The translations under genes and the position numbers were made by a program. The notes below the pieces were generated by a model, which worked only from the letters and a program-made list of their open reading frames with translations, searched no databases and was not told where the DNA came from. From positions 17,856,001-17,920,000 of the forward strand of contig NC_043009.1 of assembly GCF_006345805.1 (NCBI RefSeq): a stretch of 64,000 bases of DNA, read 5' to 3'. How positions within the stretch are numbered: the stretch's first letter is position 1; the number at the start of each line of letters is the position of its first letter. This document shows, in pieces, positions 1-12,863 of this stretch. The stretch is from Octopus sinensis. Taxonomy: Eukaryota.

Positions 1-1836
1 GGATTGCTGCCACTTTGTTTCCAGGTGGAAGAACAGCACATTCCACCTTCAAACTTCCACTGAATTTAGCGGCTCCAGAAGCCCACTCCTGCAACATCAG
101 CAAAAGTTCTGGCCAAGGGCAAGTACTCTAATGGTGCATTCTTATCATATAGGATGAGTACACAATGGCTCACAGAGGAGGCCTAGAGGCATTAGATAGA
201 GTTCTGAGGGATATATGAAACAGTCAGGCTCCAATGGGCGGTGCAACGCTTTTACTGTCAGGTGACTTTAGACAAACTCTTCCTGTCATTCCTAAAGGTA
301 CGAGGGCAGATGAAGCAGAAGCATGCCTTAAGTCCTGACCATTGAGGCGTCATGTTATGACACTTACGCTATCCACAAATATAAGGGCCCACTTTATGGT
401 GATCGAAGTTCTTCCCAGTTTGCTAAAGATATTTTGGAACTTGGTGACAGTAAGGTGCCTTTGGACATGGCAGGTGAACTAGACATCTTGCCACTTTGTA
501 CCATTGTATCTTCTATCAACGAACTAAAGGACAAGGTGTTCCCAAATTTGCAGGACAACTACTACAATCTTAAGTGGTCGTGTGAAAGAGCAATACTTGC
601 TCCTAAGAACATCACCGTAAGCAAGTTGAATGATCAATTCCTCCAGTCTCTACCTGGAAATCATCGAACATTTAAGTCAATTGATACCATGATAAATGAC
701 AATGAGGCAGTTAATTATCCTGCTGAATTTCTTAACACATTGGACCTTCCACGCCTTCCTCTGCATACATTGCACCTGAAAAAAGGGATTCCAATAATGC
801 TGCTTCGGAATTTGGAGCCACCAAAACAGAACAACAGAACATGACTGGTTGTTAAAAAAGTTCTTAACCACGTAATAGAGGCTACCATAATTTCCGGGAG
901 TGGAAAAGGAGATGATGTTTTCATACCACGAGTTCCTCTCATTCCATCAGGATTGGCTTTTCCTTTCTCCTTTCAGAGGCTTCAATTTCCTATTTGTGTC
1001 AGCTTTGCTGTGTCAATAAACAAGTCCCATGGTCAGACACTATCTGTTGCTGGTCTTCATGTTTTTCACCTGGACAACTATACGTTGGCTGTTCGAGAAT
1101 GGGATGCAAGGTGAATCTCTTTGCATTTGCCTGAAATGGGAGAACAAGGAATATCGTGTACAACCAAATCAAAGCGGTGATATGTACATTTCTACGGTTT
1201 TTTGCTAAAGAGTCTTCTCATTTCATATCCACAACAACTACTTTTCAGGTAGCTATGGCAGCAAGGGATGCACTCAATTGGTTGCCATCACATCTACAAC
1301 AGCAACGACACCAATATCATAACAAAGTGATGCAATGTGAATCCAGCATCCCTAAGGTTATCAAAGACTGTTTGAGACTTACTATTGTTGAATGGAACAA
1401 CAAATAAACGTTTACTTTCTCTCTTTCCTTTAACAAAACCCTTATGCTTAGGGCTTTATGGGTTGACCACTTGACTTTAAGTAGTTATTCTGCAAATCTA
1501 GGAAGAGTGATTATTTATGAGCACAAAGCTATGACACCAAGAAGACTCTGACATATTCAAGACTTCGTTATCCACAGAGCAGGAAATAATATATAAGGTC
1601 AGCTTTATAAACTTTAGCAATGCCGACACACACTGCTAATTGTATTAAAGCAGTAATCCCATGCTTATGTTACTGATTTTAAATAATTTTCCTGCTTAAT
1701 TCTTAACCAAACATTTTGGTAAAATATGGGTTATTGTGATCGGATCACTTATCTTTCATTTATTTTGAAATTTAAAAAACCTCAGTGTTGTTTTACATTA
1801 ACTGACGTTCCCAGGCAACGCTGGGTAAACTGCTAG
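1..1836 (+). mobile_element. Helitron, 3' portion (decayed RepHel helicase end, 3' non-coding region, terminus)
   Basis: Pif1-type helicase motifs from base 3 onward; canonical 3' end CCCAG-gcaacg-CTGGG hairpin (1810-1825) followed by CTAG (1833-1836) and then T. Confidence 0.93.
3..1170 (+). pseudogene. Helitron Pif1-family helicase remnant (stops and frameshifts)
   Basis: Reads IAATLFPGGRTAHSTFKLPL, DEYTMAH, GDFRQTLPVIPKGTRADE, AILAPKN, YPAEFLNTLD, LHLKKGIPIMLLRNL, FIPRVPLIP, RLQFPICVSFAVSINKSHGQTL, GQLYVGCSR; interrupted by several stops. Confidence 0.92.
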
Positions 1837-1989
1837 TATATATATATAAATTAATATTCAGGGCAAGTGAGTAAGTATAAAGGCTTAGCCACATGCTTAA
1901 AGGAGATGCTACCTTAAAAATATCACAATAAATATGCACCGGATTCAGGCAAATAAATGGAACAGAGAGAGAGAGAGAGAGAGAAATGT

Positions 1990-2200
1990 CTATATGAGTG
2001 TGTCTTCATGTCTGTATTTGCAACTCCACTGATTGACAACTGATGTTGCTGTGTTTACACACCCACAACTTAGTGGTTTGGTAAAAAAAGACTTGAAAAA
2101 AGAGGAAAAAAAACATAAGTCCTGAGATTGAGTCGTTCAACTAAAGTCTTTCAATGCACAACCCCAGCATGGTGCAATAACTGAGACAAGGAAAAGAAAA
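1990..2200 (+). mobile_element. SINE family A, degenerate 3' half
   Basis: ttgacaactgatgttgctgtgtttac...ataagtcctgagattga...cagcatgg...actgagacaag matches the 3' half of full copies at 31393 and 34512. Confidence 0.7.
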
Positions 2201-2898
2201 ACTCAAACTTATCTTTCTTTGATGAAAGAATCTTCTTATTTTTTCTGTTTTATGCTTATTCTCATTATTTTATATTAAGAATATTTTGAATGAAGATCTA
2301 TTCGACCATTTTGAGCATCTAGCTATTTGATGATTTATATGCCTTTTTGACAATTTAACAATTTTAATTTTAATGCATAAATTTTTTATTGCCTTTTATG
2401 ATCTACATTAACGTTTAAGATTTGTTATATTTTTTCCCTAATCATTTATGATACCATTACAAAATCATATATCCTTCTCCTTCTTACACATTCTGTTGGA
2501 TTCAATGAGCTATGAACACAATGAAAGAAAGAAAATACAGGCAAACTCCTTCAATTATCCACCAACAACTCTGTGCTGAGACTGCAACTATGAAATATAT
2601 TTTTACATTGCAATATAACTTGATCATCAAATGAAATATCCAGCTCACTAATTAAATAGATAAATAATATATGCATGATGTATGTGTGTGTATATATATA
2701 TGTATGAATTATGTATGTATGTATGTATGTATGTATGTATGTATGTATGTATGTATGTATGTATGTATGTATGTATGTATGTATGTAGGTAGGTAGGTAG
2801 TTATACATGCACACACATGTATATATAACTATATAAAATACATGCATGTTTATATGTATGTATAAGGTATGTATACATTTATGTACATATGCATATAC

Positions 2899-2942
<44 letters not shown>

Positions 2943-4144
2943 AGTACATATGTGTGTATCATGTATGTATGAATGAATGAACATGTGTGTATGCATGAGT
3001 GTATAATGCATGTATATGTATGATGTATGTATGTATATATTATGCATGTATGTAATTATGTAGTGTGTATGTATCTATATATAAAGGGAAGAGATGTAAC
3101 AGAAAAGCGTAGCTCAATAATACTACAGCATTTATCCAGTACTTTAGTTTTGTCCATGTTCAAATTCCAACAGAGAATTTTGTGTTGTTTTTTTTCTTTT
3201 ATTCTTTTATAGTTTGATATCAATGGATACCTAGGATCAAGCTCCCACCCACTACTACCTTCACCATCTCTACCAATGCCATCATCACAAAATCGATCTT
3301 GTGTCTAAATATGAAACCCACATTACAAAAGAATATTCAGATCAGCATCAAAGATATAGAACAGATTCAATGAGTCAGATTTATAGCAGAGAGAAAGAAA
3401 TTAGGTGACAATTGTACCATTCTCATGGAGATTAGTGTAATAAGTGGAGTGCAATAGTCTTGGTTTGTCTCTATCCTCTTGAATAAAGATGCTAATGAAA
3501 TTCTGATGAATGGAAGCACTTCTGATGGAGATATGTATTGGTTTGACTACATATGAAAATAATGATTATATAAGGAAATATATAATCCTGTTAATGAGAT
3601 AATTCTTCTGATAAAGGTATAATTCCTTCTATGAACTCCCACCAGCTCGGGGTGGGGGAGAGAGAGGGGGGAAGAGAGACACCCTTGTCTTTGTATAGAT
3701 ATCTCTCTTAGAGAAGAGAAACTCTGATACAAGATCTATGATTTTGTTTGCATCCAATGATGTAGACTTGTTCTTGTTTTGGGGACAAATGCATATGCTG
3801 TTTAGAGAGTGAAACTGACCATGTGCTAGGCCTTGGCATCATTTAAAAAGCTTCAGGCATAGGCATCACATGATTTCTAACATATCTGTTATGTGTTGCA
3901 TGCTAAGGCAGGCTGTAGCTGGAAAAGGCAGAACACTCACTGAAAATTTCCAAGATGGAATAAAGGTGTGTGTCAGCATGGGTGGTAAAGTCTTTGAACA
4001 CCTGCTGCAAGGGGTGCCGTGCCCAACATTGCTACACCTTTGCAAAACAATGTAGATCCTCGATAGAACTGGAAAGTCACATCCTAGATAACCACATTTA
4101 AGAGAACAATCAAGTGCTACCATTGCTTGAAATTTGGTTGCATC

Positions 4145-4176
<32 letters not shown>

Positions 4177-4504
4177 CATGGGTATGCATGTATGCTTTTG
4201 TGTGTGTGAGTGTGTGTGCGCGCGTGCGCGCGTATGTGTGTGTGTGTGTGTTAATTTTAAAATAATTAGATTATGAAAAGGGAAAAAGAATTCCCAAGTC
4301 ATGTATGTGGTTGTTATATAGTCATATATATATATATGTATATATAATAAATGAAAAATGCATGGTAAATATACAAATGACATAGTGTATCCTGAGTGTA
4401 CAACCAGATGGGAGACAGACGCAGAAGGTCCCTAATTTTTCCTCAATTATCAACCAACTGGCAATACTCAGTTTCACCCCATTAATGTATACTTATTTTT
4501 ATAT

Positions 4505-4975
4505 CTTTTACTTGTTTCAGTCATTAGATAGTGGCCATGCTGGGGCATCACCTTAAAGAAGTTTTAGTGAAATGAATCAACCCCAGTGCTTATTTTTTTT
4601 AAGCCTGGTCCTTATTCTATTGATCTCTTTTGCCCAACCACTAAGTTACATGGATGTAAACACACCAACACCAGTTGTCAAGTGGGAATGGGAGACAAAC
4701 ACCGACACAAAGGCACATATACACACACACGTGCACGTACAAAACACACACATGCACACACAAACACACACACAAGCACACATACACATACACACATACA
4801 TATAGATGGATTCATAGAATGAGTTTATTTCAGTTTCCATCTACCAAATCCACTCTCAAGGCTTTGGTCAGCCTGAGGTTTTAGGAGAAGACATTCGCAC
4901 AAGGTGCCATGCAATGGGACTGAACCCAGAACCATGCAGTTGGGAAGCAAGTTTTTTACCAGACAGGCATGCCTG
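4505..4975 (-). mobile_element. tRNA-derived SINE family A, full length
   Basis: Reverse complement of family A: A/B-box head (ggtaaaaaacttgcttccc...gggttcagtccc), central (CA)n tract, 3' end gactgaaacaagtaaaaga. Confidence 0.85.
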
Positions 4976-5581
4976 CACTTATATCCATATCTGTGTATGC
5001 TTGTTTCTATATGTATGTGGGTGTTGTACGCACAAACAAATTTAGAGAATGCATTAAATAAAAATAAAAGAGTTTCAAGGTTGAAGATTTGATGGAGAGC
5101 TAAGAAGGACAAGAAGAAGAACAAGAAGAAGGTCTCCGAGAATTGATGTTCAGTGAAAGTGTATTTGTCAAACTCACATACCTCTCTAGAGAGAGAGCTG
5201 ATAGAATCATAGAATCTGACATTTTAAATAAAATTGAGTTGAACAAGTCCCACAAAATTTAACAAATTCCACTTGCCTGAATGTCGATGTCACTCATGCT
5301 AATGACTGACGCACATATGTATGTATGTATATATATATACGGTGGTGGTTGTCTACTCCTTATGCAGAGTTTGACCACCTCCAGTACCTACACTTAAAAA
5401 CCATCATGGCATCTGATGTGGCTTTTTAAAGCAATGTTTTGAAAAGACATCAACATAGATTGCATATTCTGATTTGGACCACCAAGAGCTGCAGTTAAGT
5501 ATTGATCTTTGTAGATCTTAACATGTTTTTTGGGCCTCTGTTAGATTTGCAGACTTTTTGGCATAACATACAAATACATAA

Positions 5582-5627
<46 letters not shown>

Positions 5628-5653
5628 CACACACACACACATATGTACATATA

Positions 5654-6341
5654 CAGGGTGTCCCAAAAGTCACTGAGGGGTTTCAATTTTTAATAACTTC
5701 CTTAACTTTACAAATAAATGCATGAAATTTTGATACAATATAAAGGACATAATGGAAATTAATATGCACAAGTCAAATTTTGCAAGACTACTACATCACG
5801 TATGAAAAATGATGATGCTTAAATGGCAGCCATTTTCGGCTTTGCACACTCATGCTCTTTCCAAAACTTGCACCATAACACACAATAAGAAGGTGGCTGC
5901 TGGAAGACCCCATGTATGGCAACAGAACTCTGCACCATTCCACACAAGCAGAAGAACCCAGTCATGGCTGTCAGACAATTTCTGTGACCACATCACCCCT
6001 AACATCTGACCACCTAACTCCCCAGACTGCAACCCCCTTGATTATTATGTGTGGGGTGCAGTTGAGCAAGAGACCAACAAAACTCCTTGTAACACCAGAG
6101 ATGAACTGAAGGCAAGGATTATGGCAACATTGACCTACTTAAAAAAGGAGACTGTCCAGGAGATTTCGAAGTTGTCTCAAGGTCGTGGTTGGTGTCAATG
6201 GCAGTTTTTATTGAATAAATTTACTCTTTGATATATCAAGATATTTTTATGTAATTTTGGTAAATGTATCTGTTAAAATGAGACATCAGTGTTATTTTCA
6301 TTTATGTGTAATTTAGACGGCAGTTTATTCACCACAACCTG
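5654..6341. mobile_element. Tc1/mariner remnant(s) flanked by TA
   Basis: 5880-6230 (+) encodes QQNSAPFHTS...TQSWLSDNF...PPNSPDCNPLDYYVWGAVE...CNTRDELKARI (mariner catalytic C-terminus). Ends are TA|CAGGGTGT (5654) and ACAACCTG|TA (6341). Confidence 0.85.
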
Positions 6342-6965
6342 TATATTCTACATGTGTGTGATGTGAACATGTACAATATGGCATCAATTCTTGATGTTAC
6401 TAGTTTCTTTTTTCCATCTTGATGTAACTAGTTTTTTTACACACACACACACACACACGCTACACACAAACACACACTCACACAAACACACACACACATA
6501 TGTGTGTGTATTATATACATTGTCATCATCTAATATACATATTTCCATGGTTGCATGAGTCAGGCAGAATTTGTCGAAGCAGATTTGCTAGGGCCAGATA
6601 CCCTTCCAGTAGCCAACCCTTACCTATTTCTAAGCAAGGTAATATTTCAGTAGATGTTTCTAGTGTTTATGTGCTTCAGGAATGAAGCATGAGAGAGAAA
6701 CCAATCATTAAAGACATGCTTATTGAACCAAGATTTCTTGGAATGGTAATAATGCACTGTTAACAGCTCTTTAAACTTCATGAGCATGCTAACCTCTCTT
6801 CTACTACCAAATATAGAATATGTAATTCAATGCCATAACACATTCTTTATATACATACCATTCTTAAAATGTTGGGTATTCTGGGCAGTGACTGCCAATT
6901 CAACCCAGTTTCATTTCTGCAATACATTTGGGTAATTATTTGCACTTCAGATATAAAATAGAAAC

Positions 6966-7341
6966 AGGCGTGGTTGTGTGGTAAGAAGTTTGCTTCCCAA
7001 CCACATGGTCCTGGGTTCAGTCCCACCACGTGGTACCTTGGGAAAGTGCTTTCTACTATGGTCTTGGGCTGACCAATGCCTTGTGAGTGGATATGGTAAA
7101 AAATTAATTGAAGCATGTCATTTGTATGTGTGTGTGTGTCTTTGTGACAGTATTTTTCCCCACCACCACTTGACCACCGGTGTTGGTGTGTTTATGTCCC
7201 CAGAACTTAGCACTTCAGCAAAAGAGACCAATACCAGGTTTAAAAAGAAATAAATATTAGGATCAATTCATTTGACTAAAACTTCTTCAAAGTGTTTCCC
7301 CAGCATGGCCACAGCCTAATGACTGAAACAAGTAAAAGAAT
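6966..7341 (+). mobile_element. tRNA-derived SINE family A, full length
   Basis: ggcgtggttgtgtggtaagaagtttgcttcccaaccacatggtcctgggttcagtccc...accttgggaaagtg...gactgaaacaagtaaaaga. Confidence 0.88.
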
Positions 7342-7989
7342 AATTGAATAAAATACCATTTAACTTCTTGAATGATTTGACTTCCTCATTGAGGAACTGT
7401 CTGTTTCACCACTGATAATCGTATTACCCATTCTTCAGTAATTTCTAAATTGTCATAACTCTTGTCACTGGTTTTTAAATTTTTGATACCCAAATACTTA
7501 GTTTCCTTGATAGCAGCAATGCACAAGTTGAAAGGATCACCAATGGATAAATCCCATCCTTACTACCGTCTCAAGAATTATATCTTTTTCAACTCTCAAA
7601 CACTTTGACTAAATGACAATGATTTAGAATTTACATCAATATCGTATTTGAAAGAAAATGCAGGGAGTTTTTCCTTAATATTTGTCTGAAACTTTGCTTT
7701 CTTAACAACTGCTGCATTATTTCTTAACAAGGGACAGAAGAAAATTAATTTCCCATTAAGATCCATTATTATATTATTGGCTGAGATTAATATCTAGCTT
7801 GGTGTACAATGCTCACCTGATTCTAACTCAGGGTTTATCTGGTTTATCCAGTATCTGACTTAATGAGGTGCAGTTTAATGAAGGTCCACTAAGTATCTAA
7901 TAATAATGATGATGGCCATTAAGGAAAAGATAAATAAAAAAAGAAAGAGAAAGAATTTTAAAAAAAACTGTATCTATTTGTGATGGATG

Positions 7990-8275
7990 TGTGAATGTAA
8001 TTTGAATCTGGGTATGGATTTTGTTATGACATCACAATTTGGGGCAATGATGATTTTGATTTTGCCTAGGATTGGATAAATGTGTCTGATGACTGCAGGA
8101 TATAATTCTGTTGTTGTTCTGTTTCTTCAATTCAAATTGTTTTGATGCATCATGACACATTCTGCACCATGCAGATTGATCTAGGCAATGACCTTCCCAA
8201 GAGGTCATGTGAAGCTGTAGAGGTTTTAGTGATTGCTTCAACTTATCCTTATACCTTAACCGAGGGTCTTCCTTT
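7990..8275 (-). mobile_element. RTE (BovB-like) LINE ORF C-terminal remnant
   Basis: Minus strand reads SKGRP..RYKDKLKQSLK...WEGHCLDQSAWCRMCHDASKQFE...HHCPNCD...RFKLHSH (with frameshifts), the typical RTE C-terminus with terminal Zn-finger-like motif. Confidence 0.7.
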
Positions 8276-8307
8276 ACTGTGAAATCCCTCTAATAATAAT
8301 AATAATA

Positions 8308-8514
8308 GTCCTTTCTACTAATACGTACAGGGTTTGAAAATATAAAAAATTTTTTTGCAGGATGGGTGGGGGTTGATTACAACTTATTTCATCGACCCAA
8401 AAGGATGAAAGACAAAGTCAACCTCAGTGGAATTTGAAGTCAAAATGCAAAGACAGACAAAATGCCACTCAGCATTTTTTCCAGCAAGCTAACAATTCTG
8501 CCAGCTCCCCATCC
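8308..8514 (-). mobile_element. tRNA-related SINE family B
   Basis: atcgacccaaaaggatgaaagacaaagtcaacctcagtggaatttgaa...ctgccagctc; reverse complement of the copy at 18143. Confidence 0.8.
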
Positions 8515-9242
<728 letters not shown>

Positions 9243-9244
<2 letters not shown>

Positions 9245-9342
9245 CAAATCACAGCACATACCTAAGGCACACAGAGCTGCGCTCGGTAGTGAAGTGAAAG
9301 CACGCTATAAAAATAAAACTACTGAATAATAATAATAATAAT
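9243..9342 (+). mobile_element. 5'-truncated 3' tip of an (AAT)n-targeting LINE (R4/Dong-like)
   Basis: acagagctgcgctcggtagtgaagtgaaagcacgctataaaaataaaactactgaataataat is identical to 60094-60160; both copies sit inside AAT arrays. Clade assignment is inference from target preference. Confidence 0.6.
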
Positions 9343-10069
9343 ATATCACAGCTTTTAAACAAAACCATTCAAGTTGATAAAAAAATGAAATGTCCAGCTA
9401 CTTTATCAATAGCTTCTAAAACCTTTTAAATGATGACATAAAATCTGTTAGAGACACCTGTTCTCTACTCATATTTGCAGACAAAACAAAACACCTGTTT
9501 AAACTAGGGAGCAAAACACACCCTCATGCTCCTGTCTGACAACTTGCTAAAACTTACAAAGTGCACTATAAGTTTTAGAGACCTTTGAAGCAAAATAAGC
9601 TTTTCCAGCATAGAATTAATAACAACTGCATGTTGTTCATTTCTCACAAAAGGAATGTCTAAAAAGTGGATAAATTCAGGAAATATTTAATAAGCAGTAT
9701 TTAAGGTATTTAATTTTAAAATAACCATTAACTGTTAGATCATCGCGCCAGACTCGACTAAGTAAGCACTATCTCTACAGAAGGTTGAGGGAGGATATAT
9801 TTTATAAGCAAAAAAAATCAATAATTATGGAATTCTATATATGTATATATAAATATACATACATGTGTGTGTGTGTGTGTATGTACATACATATATATCT
9901 ATAATATATTAAAAGTAAGCTTGAATCTTGCTTGGTTGCTTGCAATGTTACCCAACCAAACTGGCACATAATGGGAAAATACTACGAATTAAGTTTCCCC
10001 AGAAATGTGAATACGAATGGAATAAAACAAGTTTCACATAAATCAGAGCAGAGGTTCTTGAGATATTAG

Positions 10070-10750
10070 GGGTTTTCGGACAAGCACAACATATTACCAA
10101 AGATCTCGGTCATTTGTCATTGCCTTTGTGAGGACCAATGCTCAAAAGGTGCTTTTTACACCGATACCAACATTGGCTACAACTATGATTTCCCTTGGCT
10201 TGATGGGTTTCCTCAGGCACGGCATATCACCAAAGGTCTCGGTCACTAGTCATTGCCTCCATGAGGCCCTATATTTGAAGATTATGATTCACCATTTTGT
10301 CCCATGTCTTCCTAGGTCTACCTCTACAATAGGTTCCCTCCACAGCTAGAGATTGGCATTTCTTCACACAGCTGTCCTCATCAACACACACCACATGACC
10401 ATACCAGCACATCATCTCTCTTACACAGCACATCTGATGCTTTTTATGCCCAACTTTTCTCTCAAGATGCTTACGCTCTGTTGTACATGCACACTGACAT
10501 TGCACATCCAGCGAAGCATATTAGCTTCATTTCTTTCAAGTCTACACATGTCTTCTGTGGTCACAGCCCAAGTTTCACTGTTATGTAGCAAAGCTGTTTG
10601 CTAACAGACATCACACAGCATGCCTTTCACTATGAGGGAGAAGCCCTTTGTTGCCAACAGAGGTAGGAGCCCTCTGAACTTTACCCAGCCTATTCTTATT
10701 TTCTCAGTTACACTCTCAGAGCATCCACCACTGCTACTGGCTTGGTCACT
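10070..10750 (-). mobile_element. RTE-type LINE 3' ORF remnant
   Basis: Minus strand: KIRIGWVKFRGLLPLLATKGFSL..KGMLCDVC..TALLHNSETWAV...RLERNEANMLRWMC...WYGHVVCVDEDSCVKKC...GRGRPRKTWDKMV...SDRDLW. Confidence 0.88.
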
Positions 10751-10794
10751 TAGATAGCAGAACTATCAGTTACTTCTAGCTTACCCCTGGGGTA

Positions 10795-10839
10795 TTTATG
10801 TGTATATATATATACATATATACATATATATATGCATGC

Positions 10840-10871
<32 letters not shown>

Positions 10872-10895
10872 TATATATATATATACATATATATG

Positions 10896-10940
<45 letters not shown>

Positions 10941-10982
10941 GCATATATATATATATATGTATATATATGTATATATATAATG

Positions 10983-11015
<33 letters not shown>

Positions 11016-11121
11016 GTATATATATATGTATATATATATGAATATATATATATATGTATATATATATGTATATATATATGTATATATATATATGTATTAT
11101 ATATATATATATATATATATA
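10795..11121. repeat. (TA)n-rich microsatellite
   Basis: Interrupted TA dinucleotide tract. Confidence 0.95.
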
Positions 11122-11227
11122 TTTAAAATTGAGGGAGATAAATTAATATTAATTTTAATATCAATTTAAAACCAGTAGTCCAGCATTCAAAAAATCTGAG
11201 GAGTCAGAAAAAATTCAAATATATGTG

Positions 11228-11658
11228 TATATTGGCAGGGCTGGCCTGCTAGGTAGCCGGCCAGAATGCTAGAAGAAGATCATCAACGATCAAACTACAA
11301 GGGAAAATCTCTAGAGGAAGAATTCAGCGAACACCAGAACCAACATTGGCGGGCAGGACATATGAAAAATTAAATAAAAAACAGACTTAAATGCATACCT
11401 CGGTTTCGGTCTTAACAAAAGAATTACTTGCATAATTCAAGTGTCCGTGACTTCATCAGTACATTCGGTCCTCGAGATGCAAACCGCAAGACTAACCCCA
11501 GCTCTCTGTGTCAAGACAGACACGTGCTTAGTCTTACTGATTACATCGGGAATAAAATTTCAAATGTCTTGGTTCTGGCGCGCTATTCCCTTGTAGTTTG
11601 ATCGTTGATGATCTTCTTCTAGCATTCTGGCCGGCTACCTAGCAGGCCAGCCCTGCCA

Positions 11659-11663
<5 letters not shown>
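11228..11663. mobile_element. (TA)n-embedded inverted-repeat element with hammerhead motif (probably PLE-derived)
   Basis: Perfect 78-bp inverted repeats at 11228-11305 and 11586-11663, flanked by TA tracts, with an internal HHR on the minus strand. Confidence 0.75.
11389..11466 (-). ncRNA. Type I hammerhead ribozyme motif
   Basis: Minus strand: GAATGTA-CTGATGA-AGTC...GACC-GAAA-CCGAG-GTA-TGCATTT. Stem I is 7 bp (2 G-U), the core is intact, the cleavage triplet is GUA; the first stem II pair is A-C. Confidence 0.75.
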
Positions 11664-11698
<35 letters not shown>

Positions 11699-11764
11699 GT
11701 ATATATATATATATATATAATATATATATATATAATATATATATATATTAATATATATACTTAT

Positions 11765-11796
<32 letters not shown>

Positions 11797-11840
11797 CATG
11801 TATACACACATGCGTGTATGCATGTGTATGTGTGTGCATA

Positions 11841-11885
<45 letters not shown>

Positions 11886-12429
11886 CAATAAATGAGCGTT
11901 TATGTGGTTATGTATGTGTGTTTAGACTCAGAATGCTCTGAAGTGGTGTGTCCTCAAGAAAAACAAATTTGATTTTTGAAATCTTCATCCCAAAGGGAAG
12001 GTTGTCCATAAATAATAATAAAAAAATATGATTTGCTACAAGAAATAACTCAACTTTTAGATCAGCATATCTCCCACTCTCTGTTTGTCACAACCACACT
12101 CTCTTCCTCTCTTACACCTTACCTTCTCTGTATATATTTACCACGCACTTTATCACTCCCTCTTTGTATATGTATTATCTCTCTCACATGCTATCCCTTC
12201 CTCTCTCTCTTCATATTACATAATTGCTTTCATTTCACTTAAAACTTTGTCTTGTAATGCTTACTATCATTTTATGATACACAGCTATCACACTTTAAAA
12301 TTTTTCTAAAATTTTCCTGGAATAAATGAATCACAAAATTGGATTCAATATGAAAAAGTACATCAATATACCAAATTTGAAAATTTTCACTTAATTTTAA
12401 AATTTCAAAATCTGTAACAGCAACAGAAA

Positions 12430-12432
<3 letters not shown>

Positions 12433-12496
<64 letters not shown>

Positions 12497-12530
12497 ATCT
12501 ATCTATCTATCTATCTATCTATTTATCTAT
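12433..12530. repeat. (CT)n/(CTAT)n microsatellite
   Basis: Visible tract. Confidence 0.95.
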
Positions 12531-12647
12531 CTTTTGTTTTTTGGTTTTCTCATTGTAAATTTCCCCCTCTATATAGTTATCACACTCTCTCACGACCTGT
12601 CTCTGTATATGTATATCACTCATGCTCTGTGTTTGTGTGTGTGTGTG

Positions 12648-12790
12648 TCATCATCATCATCATTTAACGTCCGTTCTCCATGCTAGCATGGGTTGGATGG
12701 TTCGACCAGGGATCTGGGAAGCCAGAAGGCTGCACCAGTCTCCAGTCTGATCTGGCAGTGTTTCTACAGCTGGATGCCCTTCCTAACACC
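12648..12790 (-). mobile_element. Family C repeat (RTE 3' UTR or RTE-tailed SINE) with (ATG)n tail
   Basis: catcatcatttaacgtccgttctccatgctagcatgggttgg...ctggatgcccttcctaacacc; same family as 25337 and 44610. Confidence 0.8.
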
Positions 12791-12863
12791 ATGTATATAA
12801 GGAATTTCATTAGGGCAGCAGAGTGATTTGAAAAAGTATGTAAAAGATATTTTATTTTAATAT

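Noticed and set aside
3190-3310. Strong acceptor followed by FDINGYLGSSSHP...*
   Set aside because: Short, ends in a stop, and looks like decayed repeat sequence; no recognisable protein.
3990-4100. Cys/His-rich frame CCKGCRAQHC...LESHILDNH as a zinc finger
   Set aside because: Spacing does not fit C2H2 and there is no start or splice context.
10750-11126. YI/CV/HT-repeat ORFs here and throughout the window
   Set aside because: Translations of (TA)n, (CA)n and tetranucleotide repeats.
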